From the NCBI GenBank assembly GCA_030704615.1, contig CM060733.1:62868001-62932000 (forward strand): a stretch of DNA of 64,000 nucleotides, read 5' to 3'. Under the pieces are notes generated by a model, which was not told where the DNA came from, made no database searches, and saw nothing but the letters and a program-made list of their open reading frames with translations. Source of the DNA: Takakia lepidozioides. Lineage: Eukaryota > Plantae > Bryophyta. The position numbers and the translations under genes were made by a program. This document shows, piece after piece, positions 62,762 to 64,000 of the stretch (within the stretch, counting starts at the first letter, position 1; the number at the start of each line of letters is the position of its first letter).

Positions 62762-64000
62762 CCACTTGGCATGAGCCCACGGATAGCAAGCGGTATAATT
62801 TGTTGCATGAGCACATGATAGTCATGTGATTTCATGCCTGACAACTTCTTCTTCACCACATGCTTTTTGAAAGCTGATGCGTAGCCTGTTGGCACTTTCA
62901 AGTTCTGCACAATCTCCAGAAAGACTTGTAACTCAGCCTCAGTGAGGACATAAGGGGCAGGAGGCATAATTAACGTATCTACTCTGTCAAGATCACGTTG
63001 TAGCCACAATTCCGGGCGCATCCCAAGTAGCTCCAAATCACGGCAAACTTTCAATGTGTCTTTCTCACCAAAGATAGTTTTAATAATATTTTCAGCCAAG
63101 TTCTTCTCGCAATGCATTGCGTCAAACGTGTGGCGGATGAGGAGACCCTACAAAATGAACACATAAGCAATTGAGCATTTACTCATCACAATTTAAACAG
63201 AAAACGCAAAAATGTACACAGCCAATTTAAAGGCCATGAAGGAATTACCTCCCAATAAGGTAAGACATATAAAATTGACAATCGCTTAACTCCATGAGTT
63301 TTTGCTGGGTCTGTCCTGCTATCTGGCATCCCTCCGTTTTCCACCCATGCAGTGCGAGCTGTTGCAAGGTCCTTGATTGTGTTCCAGTCTGCGTTTTTGG
63401 AGGAGTTCCATGCTCAGTAGCGCCATTGAACATTCTTGACCTTCTATATGGATGATTGCGGGCCAAAAATCTTCGGTGGCCTAGGAAAACAATTTTTCCA
63501 CATGTGTGTAACTGCTGTGAAGTCACCCCGGGTCCACAAGCTGGACAACCAGCATAACCTTTTGTCACTTGACCTGAGAGCAAGCCATATGCAGGGTAGT
63601 CATGGATTGACCACATCAACACTGCCCTCAGTGTGAATTCGCGTTGACCACGAGGACGGGAAACATCATGAGCTGCAATCCCTCTCCATAGTTCTTCCAC
63701 TAGGGGCATTAGGTAAACATCTACGTAGTCCGAGGTAACAGACTCTTTACCAGGAATCAGTAGCGCTAACATGACAAAGAACTTTTTGGTCATTAACCAC
63801 AGAGCCAGATTGTAATTGACCAAGAGAATGGGCCATGTGCTCCAACTTGTGGATTGAGCTCCGTAGGGATTTACACCGTCTAAGGCCAATCCAAATCGCA
63901 GAGATTGTGGCTCTGCAGCAAAATCCGCAAATGTGGTGTCAATGTGTCTCCATGCTTTGCTATCAGCTGGATGTCGAACCAACCCATCCTGGCTCTTATG
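62762..64000 (-). pseudogene. CACTA/EnSpm TnpD transposase element B (Transposase_21 + DUF4216/4218 regions), interrupted by the MULE; continues beyond the window
   Basis: 'RHPADSKAWRHID', 'LALDGVNPY', 'STWPILLVNYNL', 'SIHDYPAYG', 'DAMHCEKN', 'GMKSHDYHVLMQ'. Intron ~63248-63148. Confidence 0.9.

Noticed and set aside
47780-64000. ParB-MTase and SWIM genes as cargo of the CACTA element
   Set aside because: The TSD and the restored CACTA reading frame show they belong to a separate element inserted into the CACTA transposase.

Overview
Eukaryotic nuclear DNA from a land plant, probably a non-seed lineage (inference from gene content and divergence). There are three intact host genes: TGD4-like, a BFA2/At4g30825-like P-class PPR, and otubain OTU1. 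They sit among a LINE 3' end, several MITEs and a large transposon nest at about 25-64 kb. The nest holds CACTA transposase fragments and a young 13-kb Ty3/gypsy element with extra ORFs. The highlight is a 14.8-kb Mutator-like (MULE) element at 47923-62761, bounded by short imperfect TIRs and an 8-bp TSD, that splits a CACTA transposase gene. It encodes (i) a DDE/SWIM transposase with a GCM-like zinc DNA-binding domain, (ii) a divergently transcribed, spliced gene fusing a ParB/Srx-like domain to a beta-class amino (N4C/N6A) DNA-methyltransferase fold, and (iii) a third unknown ORF. Its non-coding DNA, including several introns, carries about 50 copies of a 22-bp palindrome, GGAAATGCGG-NN-CCGCATTTCC; about 30 of them are phased at 53 bp. 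A truncated relative with a diverged repeat lies at 10159-13705. Many TE frameshifts look like 1-bp assembly errors. All domain calls come from motif recognition by eye; no searches were run.
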